A stretch of 17,046 bases of DNA from Polyangiales bacterium (GCA_038230375.1 JBBRNJ010000128.1:1-17046); one strand, 5' to 3'; positions 1 to 7,260 are shown, numbered from the stretch's first letter. A program made the numbers and translations. Notes: generated from the sequence alone by a model not told the origin.

Positions 1-342
1 ATGCTCATCTACATCAAGCAGGCCCTCGCAGACGCGCGGACCGCTGGCGAGCCAGTGACGCGAGAGGGAGTCCGCGACGCCGTCCTTCGAGGCGCAACGG
101 AGCGCATACGGCCGAAGATGATGACCGTCTGCGCGATCATCTTCGGACTGATACCGATCATGTGGAGCTCGGGAGCCGGCGCTTCCGTCATGAAGCGCAT
201 CGCAGCCCCGATGATCGGTGGAATGGCCTCGGCGACGCTGCTCACGCTGTTCATTCTGCCTATCGCCTACGGGTTGATTCTTCAACGTCGCGCGGCCAAG
301 GAACAGCGCGCGTCATCACCTGCATCGAGCACCACCACGTGA
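1..342 (+). CDS. cusA: CusA/SilA-type heavy-metal RND efflux permease, C-terminal fragment (5' end outside window)
   Basis: GATERIRPKMMT...GLIPIMWSSGAGASVMKRIAAPMIGGM...TLLTLFILP matches the last TM helices of HME-RND pumps. The RPKxMT and RIAAPMIGGM wording is CusA/SilA-like. Confidence 0.85.
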   Translation: MLIYIKQALADARTAGEPVTREGVRDAVLRGATERIRPKMMTVCAIIFGLIPIMWSSGAGASVMKRIAAPMIGGMASATLLTLFILPIAYGLILQRRAAKEQRASSPASSTTT

Positions 343-531
343 GCACGTCGACGGAGCCTTCAATCCGCGCACCGCGCCGCACCGAGCCGGTCTGGCCATG
401 CGCCTGAGCTCCAAAGGAGGTCCCGTCCTTCCGGATCCATTCTTGGGAGCGGCGTGCTTCATGCCCGATGCCGCATCGTTTGCACCCTAAAGGGTGTCAT
501 GCGTCTTGCCCGCCGAAGAGCGCATGAGTGC

Positions 532-699
532 ATGAGCAGCCAAATCGATTGGGTGCAGGAGGTCTACGGACCTCTCGCAAAGCGCTCATCCGAAGGTGGC
601 CGGTTCACGCGCAGCGACGTCGACGAGTTGCTGAGCAAGGCCTGGGCGACGACGGGGGGAATCGTTGACAGGTGGCAACGATTCGATCCCCCGCCGTGA
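532..699 (+). CDS. Possible small hypothetical protein or gene remnant (55 aa from ATG 532)
   Basis: Open frame MSSQIDWVQEVYG...RFDPPP with protein-like composition, ending 11 bp before the tRNA 3' end. No family recognised and no clear RBS. Confidence 0.3.
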   Translation: MSSQIDWVQEVYGPLAKRSSEGGRFTRSDVDELLSKAWATTGGIVDRWQRFDPPP

Positions 700-710
700 G
701 CTAAGTATTG

Positions 711-783
711 AGCGGGACACCGGGTTCGAACCGGCGACATCCAGCTTGGGAAGCTGGCACTCTACCAACTGAGTTAGTCCCGC
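711..783 (-). tRNA. tRNA-Gly (anticodon CCC)
   Basis: Reverse complement is GCGGGACTAACTCAGTTGGTAGAGTGCCAGCTTCCCAAGCTGGATGTCGCCGGTTCGAACCCGGTGTCCCGCT. It has acceptor stem GCGGGAC/GTCCCGC, anticodon arm CCAGC-TTCCCAA-GCTGG, T-loop GTTCGAA and discriminator U. It is followed by CAA, so CCA is not encoded. Confidence 0.97.
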
Positions 784-828
784 GAGCGAGGCCTAAAGTA
801 CCCCGAACGCATGCGATATGCGACTCAC

Positions 829-873
829 AAAATAGAGACCGGCCCGGGTGCTCGCTTGGAACCACCCGGGCCG
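829..873 (-). terminator. Candidate intrinsic terminator
   Basis: 11-bp perfect inverted repeat CGGCCCGGGTG (840-850) / CACCCGGGCCG (863-873). On the minus strand it is followed by GTCTCTATTTT, an imperfect U-tract. Confidence 0.55.
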
Positions 874-996
874 TCGTACAGGCCGTGGTCGAGGAGACCA
901 ACGAAGCTCTCGTCCGCTTGCGGTCACGCTGCTCGTTTCTCACGAGCGGCTGCACATGGTGCTGGACCGGTCCGGGGCGAGGGCCAGAGAAACCTC

Positions 997-1041
997 TTAC
1001 GTCGAAGACCTCCGCGGCCACGAACTACTGGTACTCTGCAT
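997..1041 (-). CDS. Candidate 14-aa small ORF MQSTSSSWPRRSST
   Basis: ATG at 1041 is preceded by GGAGGAGG (1057-1050) at 8-nt spacing. TAA at 999-997. Confidence 0.35.
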   Translation of the reverse strand: MQSTSSSWPRRSST

Positions 1042-1239
1042 GATAGCGTCCTCCTCCGGCGAACCGGCACTCGGGGAACGACGAGGTGACCGATTGGAAT
1101 CGGTCGCCCAATTTCTTGAGCTTCGCCGTCCGGACGAGCGTTTCCGTGTGAGGGTGCCGCTTACGCGGTGCCCATCTTTGCTTTGCCTCCAGGGGCCGCT
1201 CGAACCATTCGAACGCCAAGGCAAAGCGCCATACTGAAC

Positions 1240-1267
1240 AATGTAGCATCCGGAACCGCGCCCGCAA
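1240..1267 (-). promoter_or_regulatory. Candidate sigma70-type promoter with extended -10
   Basis: Minus strand reads TTGCGG (1267-1262), 16 nt, TACATT (1245-1240), with TG one base upstream of the -10 (TGcTACATT). It sits in a locally AT-richer patch. Confidence 0.45.
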
Positions 1268-1331
1268 CGGTGGGCGCTCGACCCACATGGGGCGGGCCGC
1301 GAACTTCGCTCACGATTCGCGAGCGAGCTGA

Positions 1332-1859
1332 CTACTTGGTAGCGGGCGTCTCGGTCTTCGCGCCAACGATCGTGTAGCTCACGCTGCACGGGAGCGCGGC
1401 ATACCCATCGGTGCCGATGGCTGCGCTGCAGTCGGTGTTGTTGGCGGGCTCGAACGTGTAGCTGAGCGTGCCGGTGAACGCGGTGATCGGCGTACCCGTG
1501 AGGGCCATCTCCACGGAGTCGGTCCTACCGAGCGTGCACCCGGTGGGGTTTGTCTTCGGGTTGGGGGCGATCAACGTGGCTGTCGTGCTCGCGGACATCG
1601 ACACGTGTGATGTCGGATCCATCGTGCCGGCGACAGGCGCGTCGCCCGTCTTCCAGTAGAGGGTGTTGTGTTCGGACGCGAGCTTCACATCGAACTCCCA
1701 CGGGTTCGGCGCATTGCCGCACGAGGACGCCGTGAGCGTCGACACCACATGGAACGAGCCGATGGGCGTGCCCGGGTTGTACGGGTCCTTACCCGTGCAA
1801 GCTGCAACCATCCCAACCACCGCCGACACAACCGCCAGATGGAGTACGCGCGTGCGCAT
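1332..1859 (-). CDS. Hypothetical lipoprotein (175 aa, Thr/Gly-rich, probably beta-rich)
   Basis: Basic N-terminus, hydrophobic stretch, lipobox VAA-C, four further Cys. Strong GC3 codon bias in this frame. Confidence 0.8.
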   Translation of the reverse strand: MRTRVLHLAVVSAVVGMVAACTGKDPYNPGTPIGSFHVVSTLTASSCGNAPNPWEFDVKLASEHNTLYWKTGDAPVAGTMDPTSHVSMSASTTATLIAPNPKTNPTGCTLGRTDSVEMALTGTPITAFTGTLSYTFEPANNTDCSAAIGTDGYAALPCSVSYTIVGAKTETPATK

Positions 1860-1904
1860 GCGATCTCGCTATCAAGCTGGAGCCAGAACGGGCAAGTTAC
1901 TGGC

Positions 1905-2645
1905 GTGCGTCAGCTGTCCGTGTGGCACGTTCGTCTGTTCGTTCGCGCCCTCGTAGGCGCGGCTCTCGCGTTCGGTTTGATCCTGCTGCTCACCGCGCTG
2001 ACGGACGAAGGTGGGCTCACGCTCGCGGTCCGCCTTGGACGCGCCGCGCCCATGACTCCCGTTGCAGCTGCGCTCGGTACGGGCGCAGCGCTCGCGCCGC
2101 CGCGATGGCGTGGTGAGCTGCTCGCGCTGTCAACGCTGGGGCAGCGGCCCACGGTGACCATGTTGCCAGCCGTGCTCGGTGCGACCGTGGTAGGCGCGGC
2201 GATCGCGATGCTCCTCATGCTCGGCGGCGTGGATGCGCACGGTTTCTTTCCCGTGGTTCCCCGGAGCCTGGAGCTCACGTTCGACGGGATCGCGTTCGTC
2301 GAACCGCAGAGCGGCACGCGCATCCTTCCCACGGGCGAGCTCGCGGAGCCGGTCGCACGGGCGGCGCTCTCTGCCACCGCGGACCTTCCTCGCTTCGGGT
2401 TGTTCGTCGCGGGCCTGGCCACGCTCGTCGCCACGGGGGGCCTTGCTATGGTCGCCGCGGTGCTGCGCACGTGGGCGCGTCCGATGCGCGGCCTTGCGCT
2501 CGGCATCCTGATGGTGTCGCTGCTTGCGGGCTTCCAGGCGAGCGCGTCGTCACGCGTCTCAGCGCTGCTTGCGCTCGCGCCTGCGTTCGCCCTCTTCTCG
2601 GCCGCGCTGCTCGCCTATCGTCGGAGCGACGAGTGGCGAGCGTGA
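1905..2645 (+). CDS. Integral membrane protein, LptF/LptG (YjgP/YjgQ)-like but short; start uncertain (GTG 1905)
   Basis: About 3 TM helices, a soluble beta-like segment, then about 3 TM helices. GELLALSTLG resembles the ELxAxxxxG motif of LptF/G. The ORF-track start at 1668 overlaps the opposite-strand lipoprotein. Confidence 0.55.
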   Translation: MRQLSVWHVRLFVRALVGAALAFGLILLLTALTDEGGLTLAVRLGRAAPMTPVAAALGTGAALAPPRWRGELLALSTLGQRPTVTMLPAVLGATVVGAAIAMLLMLGGVDAHGFFPVVPRSLELTFDGIAFVEPQSGTRILPTGELAEPVARAALSATADLPRFGLFVAGLATLVATGGLAMVAAVLRTWARPMRGLALGILMVSLLAGFQASASSRVSALLALAPAFALFSAALLAYRRSDEWRA

Positions 2646-2649
2646 CGCT

Positions 2650-2802
2650 TTACTTGTTGCCGTCGGACGGGGTCGCCTTGCGGTCGATCGCGTCCTGGAG
2701 ACCACAGCGCACGCGGGCAGCGCGTTTGACGCGTTTCGCCTTCAGCGGGGTCTGAAGCCATTCGTGACGCTTACGCATTGACCAGAGTGCTCGGTTTGAC
2801 AT
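2650..2802 (-). CDS. Small basic hypothetical protein (50 aa)
   Basis: MSNRALWSMRKRHEWLQTPLKAKRVKRAARVRCGLQDAIDRKATPSDGNK fills the gap without overlap and has a promoter-like element upstream. Confidence 0.55.
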   Translation of the reverse strand: MSNRALWSMRKRHEWLQTPLKAKRVKRAARVRCGLQDAIDRKATPSDGNK

Positions 2803-2815
2803 GACGGGGGCGCGG

Positions 2816-2844
2816 ACTTTCGCCCACGGGTGGTCATCCGTCAA
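2816..2844 (-). promoter_or_regulatory. Candidate sigma70-type promoter for the 50-aa ORF
   Basis: TTGACG (2844-2839), 17 nt, GAAAGT (2821-2816), with a T-tract upstream. The -10 ends 13 nt before the ATG. Confidence 0.4.
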
Positions 2845-2865
2845 GCGGTTTCGGGCAAAAAAGCG

Positions 2866-3183
2866 TCAGTCCGGGACCCGGACCAGGTGTACATCGAGCT
2901 TCACGGGCGCATCGCCCTCCTCCACCGCAACGACCTGATCCTGCGGAAAGAACCCGGGTGCTTCCACGGTGATGCGATGACTTCCAACGGGCAGGGCGAC
3001 GCCCCGCGAGGCCACGAACGCGAGGCTTCCGATGTATTGCTCGTCCACGATCACCCGCGCCTGCGGGGGGTCGCCCACCATCCGCATGGAGACTGTGGGC
3101 ACCTTGGCCGGCGGACCGCACGCGATGAGCGCAACACCCACGAGCAACACGAGGGGCATGGTCGTGAGGAGACACCGCACCAT
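2866..3183 (-). CDS. PEGA-domain lipoprotein
   Basis: Lipobox LIA-C and PEGA-like pattern PPQARVIVDEQYIG...LPVGSHRITVEAPGF. ATG is 2 nt after the guaA stop. Confidence 0.8.
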   Translation of the reverse strand: MVRCLLTTMPLVLLVGVALIACGPPAKVPTVSMRMVGDPPQARVIVDEQYIGSLAFVASRGVALPVGSHRITVEAPGFFPQDQVVAVEEGDAPVKLDVHLVRVPD

Positions 3184-3185
3184 GC

Positions 3186-4730
3186 TCACTCCCATTCGAT
3201 GGTCGCGGGTGGCTTCGAGGACACGTCGTAGACGACGCGGTTGATGCCCCGCACCTCGTTGATGATGCGACTGGAGATGCGCGTCAGGACCTCATACGGC
3301 ATCTCGAACACCGCGGCGGTCATGCCGTCGACCGATGTCACCGCGCGCACCGCGCACGTCTCTTCGTAGGTGCGATTGTCACCCATGACGCCCACGGAGC
3401 GAACGGGCAGCAGCACGCAGAAGCTCTGCCAGATGACGTCGTAGAGGTTTGCTTTCCGGATCTCGTCCATCACGATGGCGTCGGCCTCGCGCAGCACATG
3501 GAGGCGCGCCTCCGTCACGGGCCCAAGGCAACGGATCGCGAGGCCCGGTCCCGGGAAGGGCTGACGACCGAGCAGCTCGTGCGCCATGCCGAGCGTGCGG
3601 CCCGCCGCGCGGACCTCGTCCTTGAAGAGCTCGCGCAGCGGCTCGACGAGCTTCATGCGCATGCGCTCCGGCAGACCGCCCACGTTGTGGTGGCTCTTGA
3701 TCACGGCGCTCGGGCCCTTGAACGAGACGCTCTCGATCACGTCCGGGTAGAGCGTCCCTTGCACGAGGTGGTTCGCGCCATCGATGCTCTTGGCCTCGAC
3801 CTCGAACACCTCGATGAAGACGCGGCCGATCGCCTTGCGCTTCGCCTCGGGATCGGTGACGCCATCAAGCGCGGTGAGAAAGCGCTCGCGTGCGTCGATC
3901 ACGCGCAAGTCGAGCTTCATGTTGCGCTTGAAGGTCTCCTCCACCTCTTCGCGCTCACCTTTGCGGAGCAGGCCGTTGTCCACGAAGATGCATGTCAGAC
4001 GATCGCCGATCGCCTTGTGGACGAGCACCGCAGCCACGGAGGAGTCCACGCCGCCGGAGAGGCCGCACACCGCGCGCTCACCGCTCGGCACCTGCTTCTT
4101 GATCGTCTCGATCGCCTCCTCGACGAACGCGAGCGGTACCCACGTGGGTGGAATCTTCGCCACGTCGAAGAGGAACGACGCGAGGATCTCGGAGCCGCGC
4201 TTCGTGTGGACCACCTCGGGATGGAACTGAAGGCCGTAGAGCCTCTTCTTGTCGTCCGCGATGGCGCCGAATGGCGAGTGCTCGCTCGAGCCGATGGCGG
4301 AGAAGCCCTCGGGGAGCGCCGTGATGCGGTCGCCGTGGCTCATCCACACATCCAGATGCTCACCGCGCGTGAAGCGCGCGAGCGGACCCTGTGTGTCGTC
4401 AATGAGGAGCCGCGCGGCGCCATACTCTCGTGATGGCGAGCGCTCCACCTTGCCGCCGAGCGCGTGCGCCAGGAGCTGCGCGCCGTAGCAGATGCCCAGC
4501 ACTGGGACCCCGAGCTCCGTGATCACCTTCGGCAGCTTCGGCGCATCGGCGTCGTACACGCTGGAGGGACCACCGGACAGGATGATCGCGACGGGCTTCT
4601 TCGCCCTGATCTCGTCCTCTGGGGTGAGGCAGCTCACGATCTCCGAATAGACGGAGAGCTCGCGCGTGCGCCGCGCGATGAGCTGCGTGTACTGGGAGCC
4701 AAAGTCGACGATGAGCACCAGCGGACGCAT
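3186..4730 (-). CDS. guaA: GMP synthase (glutamine-hydrolysing)
   Basis: [13 protein letters not shown], class I GATase LGICYG and QFHPEV, PP-loop [24 protein letters not shown]-terminal [10 protein letters not shown]. 514 aa. Confidence 0.99.
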   Translation of the reverse strand: MRPLVLIVDFGSQYTQLIARRTRELSVYSEIVSCLTPEDEIRAKKPVAIILSGGPSSVYDADAPKLPKVITELGVPVLGICYGAQLLAHALGGKVERSPSREYGAARLLIDDTQGPLARFTRGEHLDVWMSHGDRITALPEGFSAIGSSEHSPFGAIADDKKRLYGLQFHPEVVHTKRGSEILASFLFDVAKIPPTWVPLAFVEEAIETIKKQVPSGERAVCGLSGGVDSSVAAVLVHKAIGDRLTCIFVDNGLLRKGEREEVEETFKRNMKLDLRVIDARERFLTALDGVTDPEAKRKAIGRVFIEVFEVEAKSIDGANHLVQGTLYPDVIESVSFKGPSAVIKSHHNVGGLPERMRMKLVEPLRELFKDEVRAAGRTLGMAHELLGRQPFPGPGLAIRCLGPVTEARLHVLREADAIVMDEIRKANLYDVIWQSFCVLLPVRSVGVMGDNRTYEETCAVRAVTSVDGMTAAVFEMPYEVLTRISSRIINEVRGINRVVYDVSSKPPATIEWE

Positions 4731-4814
4731 GCCGCTTCGCTACCACAGCCTGAATTCAGACAGAAGACCGCCCAGCGATCGTGCCTCGACAACCCATCCA
4801 GGAGCCGTCGGCTC

Positions 4815-5678
4815 CTAGAAGCGGCCGCCCAGGAATGCGGCGCCGCCGCCGGGCAGGGGCCGCACGTCCACGTTCCAGCCCATCTGGGCCTTGGCCTCCG
4901 CCTTGGGCCGCGCGATCACGAAGTACGCCGCAGCGCCGAGCGCCACGATGCCGATGCCGCCAGAGACGTCATCGATGACCAGCTTCGTGCGCGCGCTGTC
5001 GACGTCGCCCTGCAAGCAGGTCCCCGGCTTGCCGTTCTTCGGACCGCACGTGTCCTCGAGGTGGCTCTTGTCGCCCAGGCCCGACAGCCAGAAGAATGTC
5101 GCGGCACCAAGGCCCACGACCCCCACGCCACCAAGCACGTAGGCGATGATCGGAATGGGGGCCCTCTCGCTCGTGTCGGGCGGCGGGGGAGGAGGGGTGA
5201 CGGGGCCTTCGGGCACGAAGATCACGGTCATCAAGCGGTTCTTCTGACCGACGATGAGCACGACCTTCTCTTCCTTCGGCGCCGCGCCCGGCGACTCGTA
5301 GCGCATCGTGTGCTCGCCCGGGTCGACGAGGATCGGCTTGCCGTCGAGCTTCTCCGTGAGCATCTGCCCGTCGATCGAGACCTTCACGGCGGTGAGGTCG
5401 GAGCCTCCGCTCTTCGCGCTGACCACGAGGGTGGGGGCTGACGTGTCCAGATCCGTGAGCCACTGCGCGCAGTCTCGCTTCACGGCGCCCGGGCAAACAT
5501 CGCGCGAGCAGACGAGCATCGACTCGCGGGCACGCCTGTACTGGCCCTTGTCTCGCAGGTCCTGGGCCTGATCGGCGGCAGCGACGCACTGCTCGCGCTC
5601 ATCCGCGAAGGCGTTCGTCGTCGCGAGGGTGGAGGACGCGGAAAGTGCGAGCAGACCGAGCCAGATTCCGCGTTTCAC
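4815..5678 (-). CDS. Exported protein: Cys-rich helical (TPR-like) domain, PEGA-like domain, Pro linker, hydrophobic C-terminal region
   Basis: GGAGG RBS before GTG 5678, signal peptide ending AFA, CVAAADQAQ...CSRDVC...DCAQW, VSIDG...VDPGEHTMRYESPG, PPPPPP, and C-terminus GGAAFLGGRF. Confidence 0.8.
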   Translation of the reverse strand: MKRGIWLGLLALSASSTLATTNAFADEREQCVAAADQAQDLRDKGQYRRARESMLVCSRDVCPGAVKRDCAQWLTDLDTSAPTLVVSAKSGGSDLTAVKVSIDGQMLTEKLDGKPILVDPGEHTMRYESPGAAPKEEKVVLIVGQKNRLMTVIFVPEGPVTPPPPPPDTSERAPIPIIAYVLGGVGVVGLGAATFFWLSGLGDKSHLEDTCGPKNGKPGTCLQGDVDSARTKLVIDDVSGGIGIVALGAAAYFVIARPKAEAKAQMGWNVDVRPLPGGGAAFLGGRF

Positions 5679-5748
5679 GATCGAGACCTCCAGCGCACGA
5701 GGGTATCGGGGTTGCGCTGGCCGATGCAACTGTTGATCGCGCGGGGCC

Positions 5749-7260
5749 TCAGTCGCAGTTCTTCTTGTACTTCTTGTGCCCGGTCACAGGATCGATCGTG
5801 TAGGGAGGGTTGCAGTCCTGTCCCTTCACGGGCGGCTTGACGATGGGCCGCGAGGTACCAGCGCCGGTGAAGCCATTCACGACGGGCCGCGCGGGACCCG
5901 CCGGAGGGGCAGACATCGCAGCTGAGGGGGACGGGGGGACGGGGGAAGCGGCGCCTACGTTGGACCCGCGGTCCGCGATCTCGAGCGCGCGAAGCCCCGG
6001 CTGCGACTCGGCGATGGCGCTCTGTGCTGCCTTCGCAACGCCGCCGCGCTGGGTGAACACGACGAACGCAGTGGCGGCCGCGCCGAGCGTGATGATGACG
6101 CAGACTGCGGCGATGACGGCGCGAGGGATCCCCGGAGCGTCGCTCGGGAAGCTGGTGCGGTGTGCATTGCGAGAGACCGAGATGGACGAGACTTGCGAGG
6201 ACGGCTCCTCCCGCGCGCGGACCAGCGCAGCGCCCGACGGCGGCGACGGCAGAAGGCGCGCGATCGAGTCGGGACTGGAAGCGACCGACGCGTGCTCGAT
6301 CTGCGCGACATGCGCGGCGCGGTCCGCGAGCTCCTGCGTGGCAACGGACTCGACCCATTCGCCGACCACGGCAGGCGACGCGAGACCCATGGTGCGCTCG
6401 ATCGCCACTGCGAAGTCGCGCGCCGTCTGGAACCGCACCGTCGGATCCTGGGCGAGACCGCGAAGAACGACCTCGTCGGTACCAGGCGGAAGGACCGGCA
6501 CCCAGCGGCTCGGTGGGTCGACCTTGCCCTCGAGCACCCGCACCAGAGTCATGGCCTCGTTGTCGCCGTCGAACAGACGCTCTTGCGTGAGCGTCTCCCA
6601 GAGCACGACGGCCGCCGCGTAGATGTCGGCGAGCCGTGTGACGCCGCCGCCATTCAGCTGCTCCGGCGACATGTACGAGAGCTTGCCTTTGACCTGTCCT
6701 TCGCGCGTGGTCTGCAAGCGACCCGCTGCCTTCGCGACACCAAAGTCGAGCACACGCGCCACACCATCGGAGCCCACGAGGACGTACTGCGGAGACACGT
6801 CGCGGTGCACGATGCCGAGCGGGCGGCCGTGCTCGTCCTTCGCCTCGTGCGCAGCGTGTAGACCATGGAGCAGATTCGCGATGATCGTCGCGACGATCTG
6901 CGGCGTCGGTGGGCGCCCCTTTTCGCGCGACATCTTGAGGAGCTTCGAGAGGGACTCGCCCTGCACGTACTCCATCGCCAGGAAGATCTCGCCTTCGGTC
7001 GCGACGACGTCGAGCGTGGGCACCACGTTTGGATGACGGATGCGTCCTGCTACGCGCGCCTCGTCCAGGAACATCGTCACGAACTCGGGGTCCTTCGCGA
7101 ACTGCGGATGCAGTCGCTTCACTGCCACTGTGCGCGCGAACCCTACCGAGCCCGTCATGCGGCCGTAGTGCACAGTTGCCATGCCACCGGACGCGATCTC
7201 CCCGAAGACGAGGTACCGTCCGATCAAACGTGGCGCAGCAGTGGTGAGGACGGGCCCCAA
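5749..7260 (-). CDS. Membrane-anchored Hanks-type Ser/Thr protein kinase (catalytic loop HRDVSPQY)
   Basis: IASGGMATVH, VAVK, alphaC Glu (FLDEA), HPNVV, HRDVSPQ, DFG, YMSPE, DIYAAAV. One TM helix, a Pro-rich linker and C-terminal CNPPY...KKNC. Confidence 0.95.
   Translation of the reverse strand: MGPVLTTAAPRLIGRYLVFGEIASGGMATVHYGRMTGSVGFARTVAVKRLHPQFAKDPEFVTMFLDEARVAGRIRHPNVVPTLDVVATEGEIFLAMEYVQGESLSKLLKMSREKGRPPTPQIVATIIANLLHGLHAAHEAKDEHGRPLGIVHRDVSPQYVLVGSDGVARVLDFGVAKAAGRLQTTREGQVKGKLSYMSPEQLNGGGVTRLADIYAAAVVLWETLTQERLFDGDNEAMTLVRVLEGKVDPPSRWVPVLPPGTDEVVLRGLAQDPTVRFQTARDFAVAIERTMGLASPAVVGEWVESVATQELADRAAHVAQIEHASVASSPDSIARLLPSPPSGAALVRAREEPSSQVSSISVSRNAHRTSFPSDAPGIPRAVIAAVCVIITLGAAATAFVVFTQRGGVAKAAQSAIAESQPGLRALEIADRGSNVGAASPVPPSPSAAMSAPPAGPARPVVNGFTGAGTSRPIVKPPVKGQDCNPPYTIDPVTGHKKYKKNCD

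Larger units (their letters stand above)
829..1234 (-). ncRNA. Candidate ~400-nt structured RNA or small-peptide transcript of unknown class
   Basis: Bounded by a sigma70-like promoter (1240-1267) and a terminator-like hairpin (829-873). Dense hairpins and no convincing long ORF. Confidence 0.4.

Noticed and set aside
708..711. tRNA lacks encoded CCA (pseudogene?)
   Set aside because: Many bacteria add CCA post-transcriptionally, and the cloverleaf is intact.
1201..1228. AACCATTCGAA...GCAAAG resembles the c-di-GMP-I riboswitch
   Set aside because: It lacks GGCAAA at the 5' side, the GAAA-capped P2 and the GGGACGCAAAG context.
1249..1272. TCCGGAACCGCGCCCGCAACGGTG resembles part of the cobalamin riboswitch core
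   Set aside because: The upstream GGGAA...GGTG-AA element and its pairing partner are missing, and no same-strand gene follows.
784..1331. Interval as tmRNA, RNase P RNA, self-splicing intron, retron ncRNA or CRISPR array
   Set aside because: No tRNA-like ends, no GAGGAAAGUCC signature, no recognisable intron core, no reverse transcriptase or cas gene in the window, and no regularly spaced direct repeats.
586..1389. Overlapping ORF-track entries (586..768, 701..1021, 708..1043, 811..1089, 848..1237, 997..1389, 1025..1288, 1168..1377)
   Set aside because: Several run through the tRNA. The rest have Arg/Ser/Pro-rich shadow composition and no recognisable motifs.
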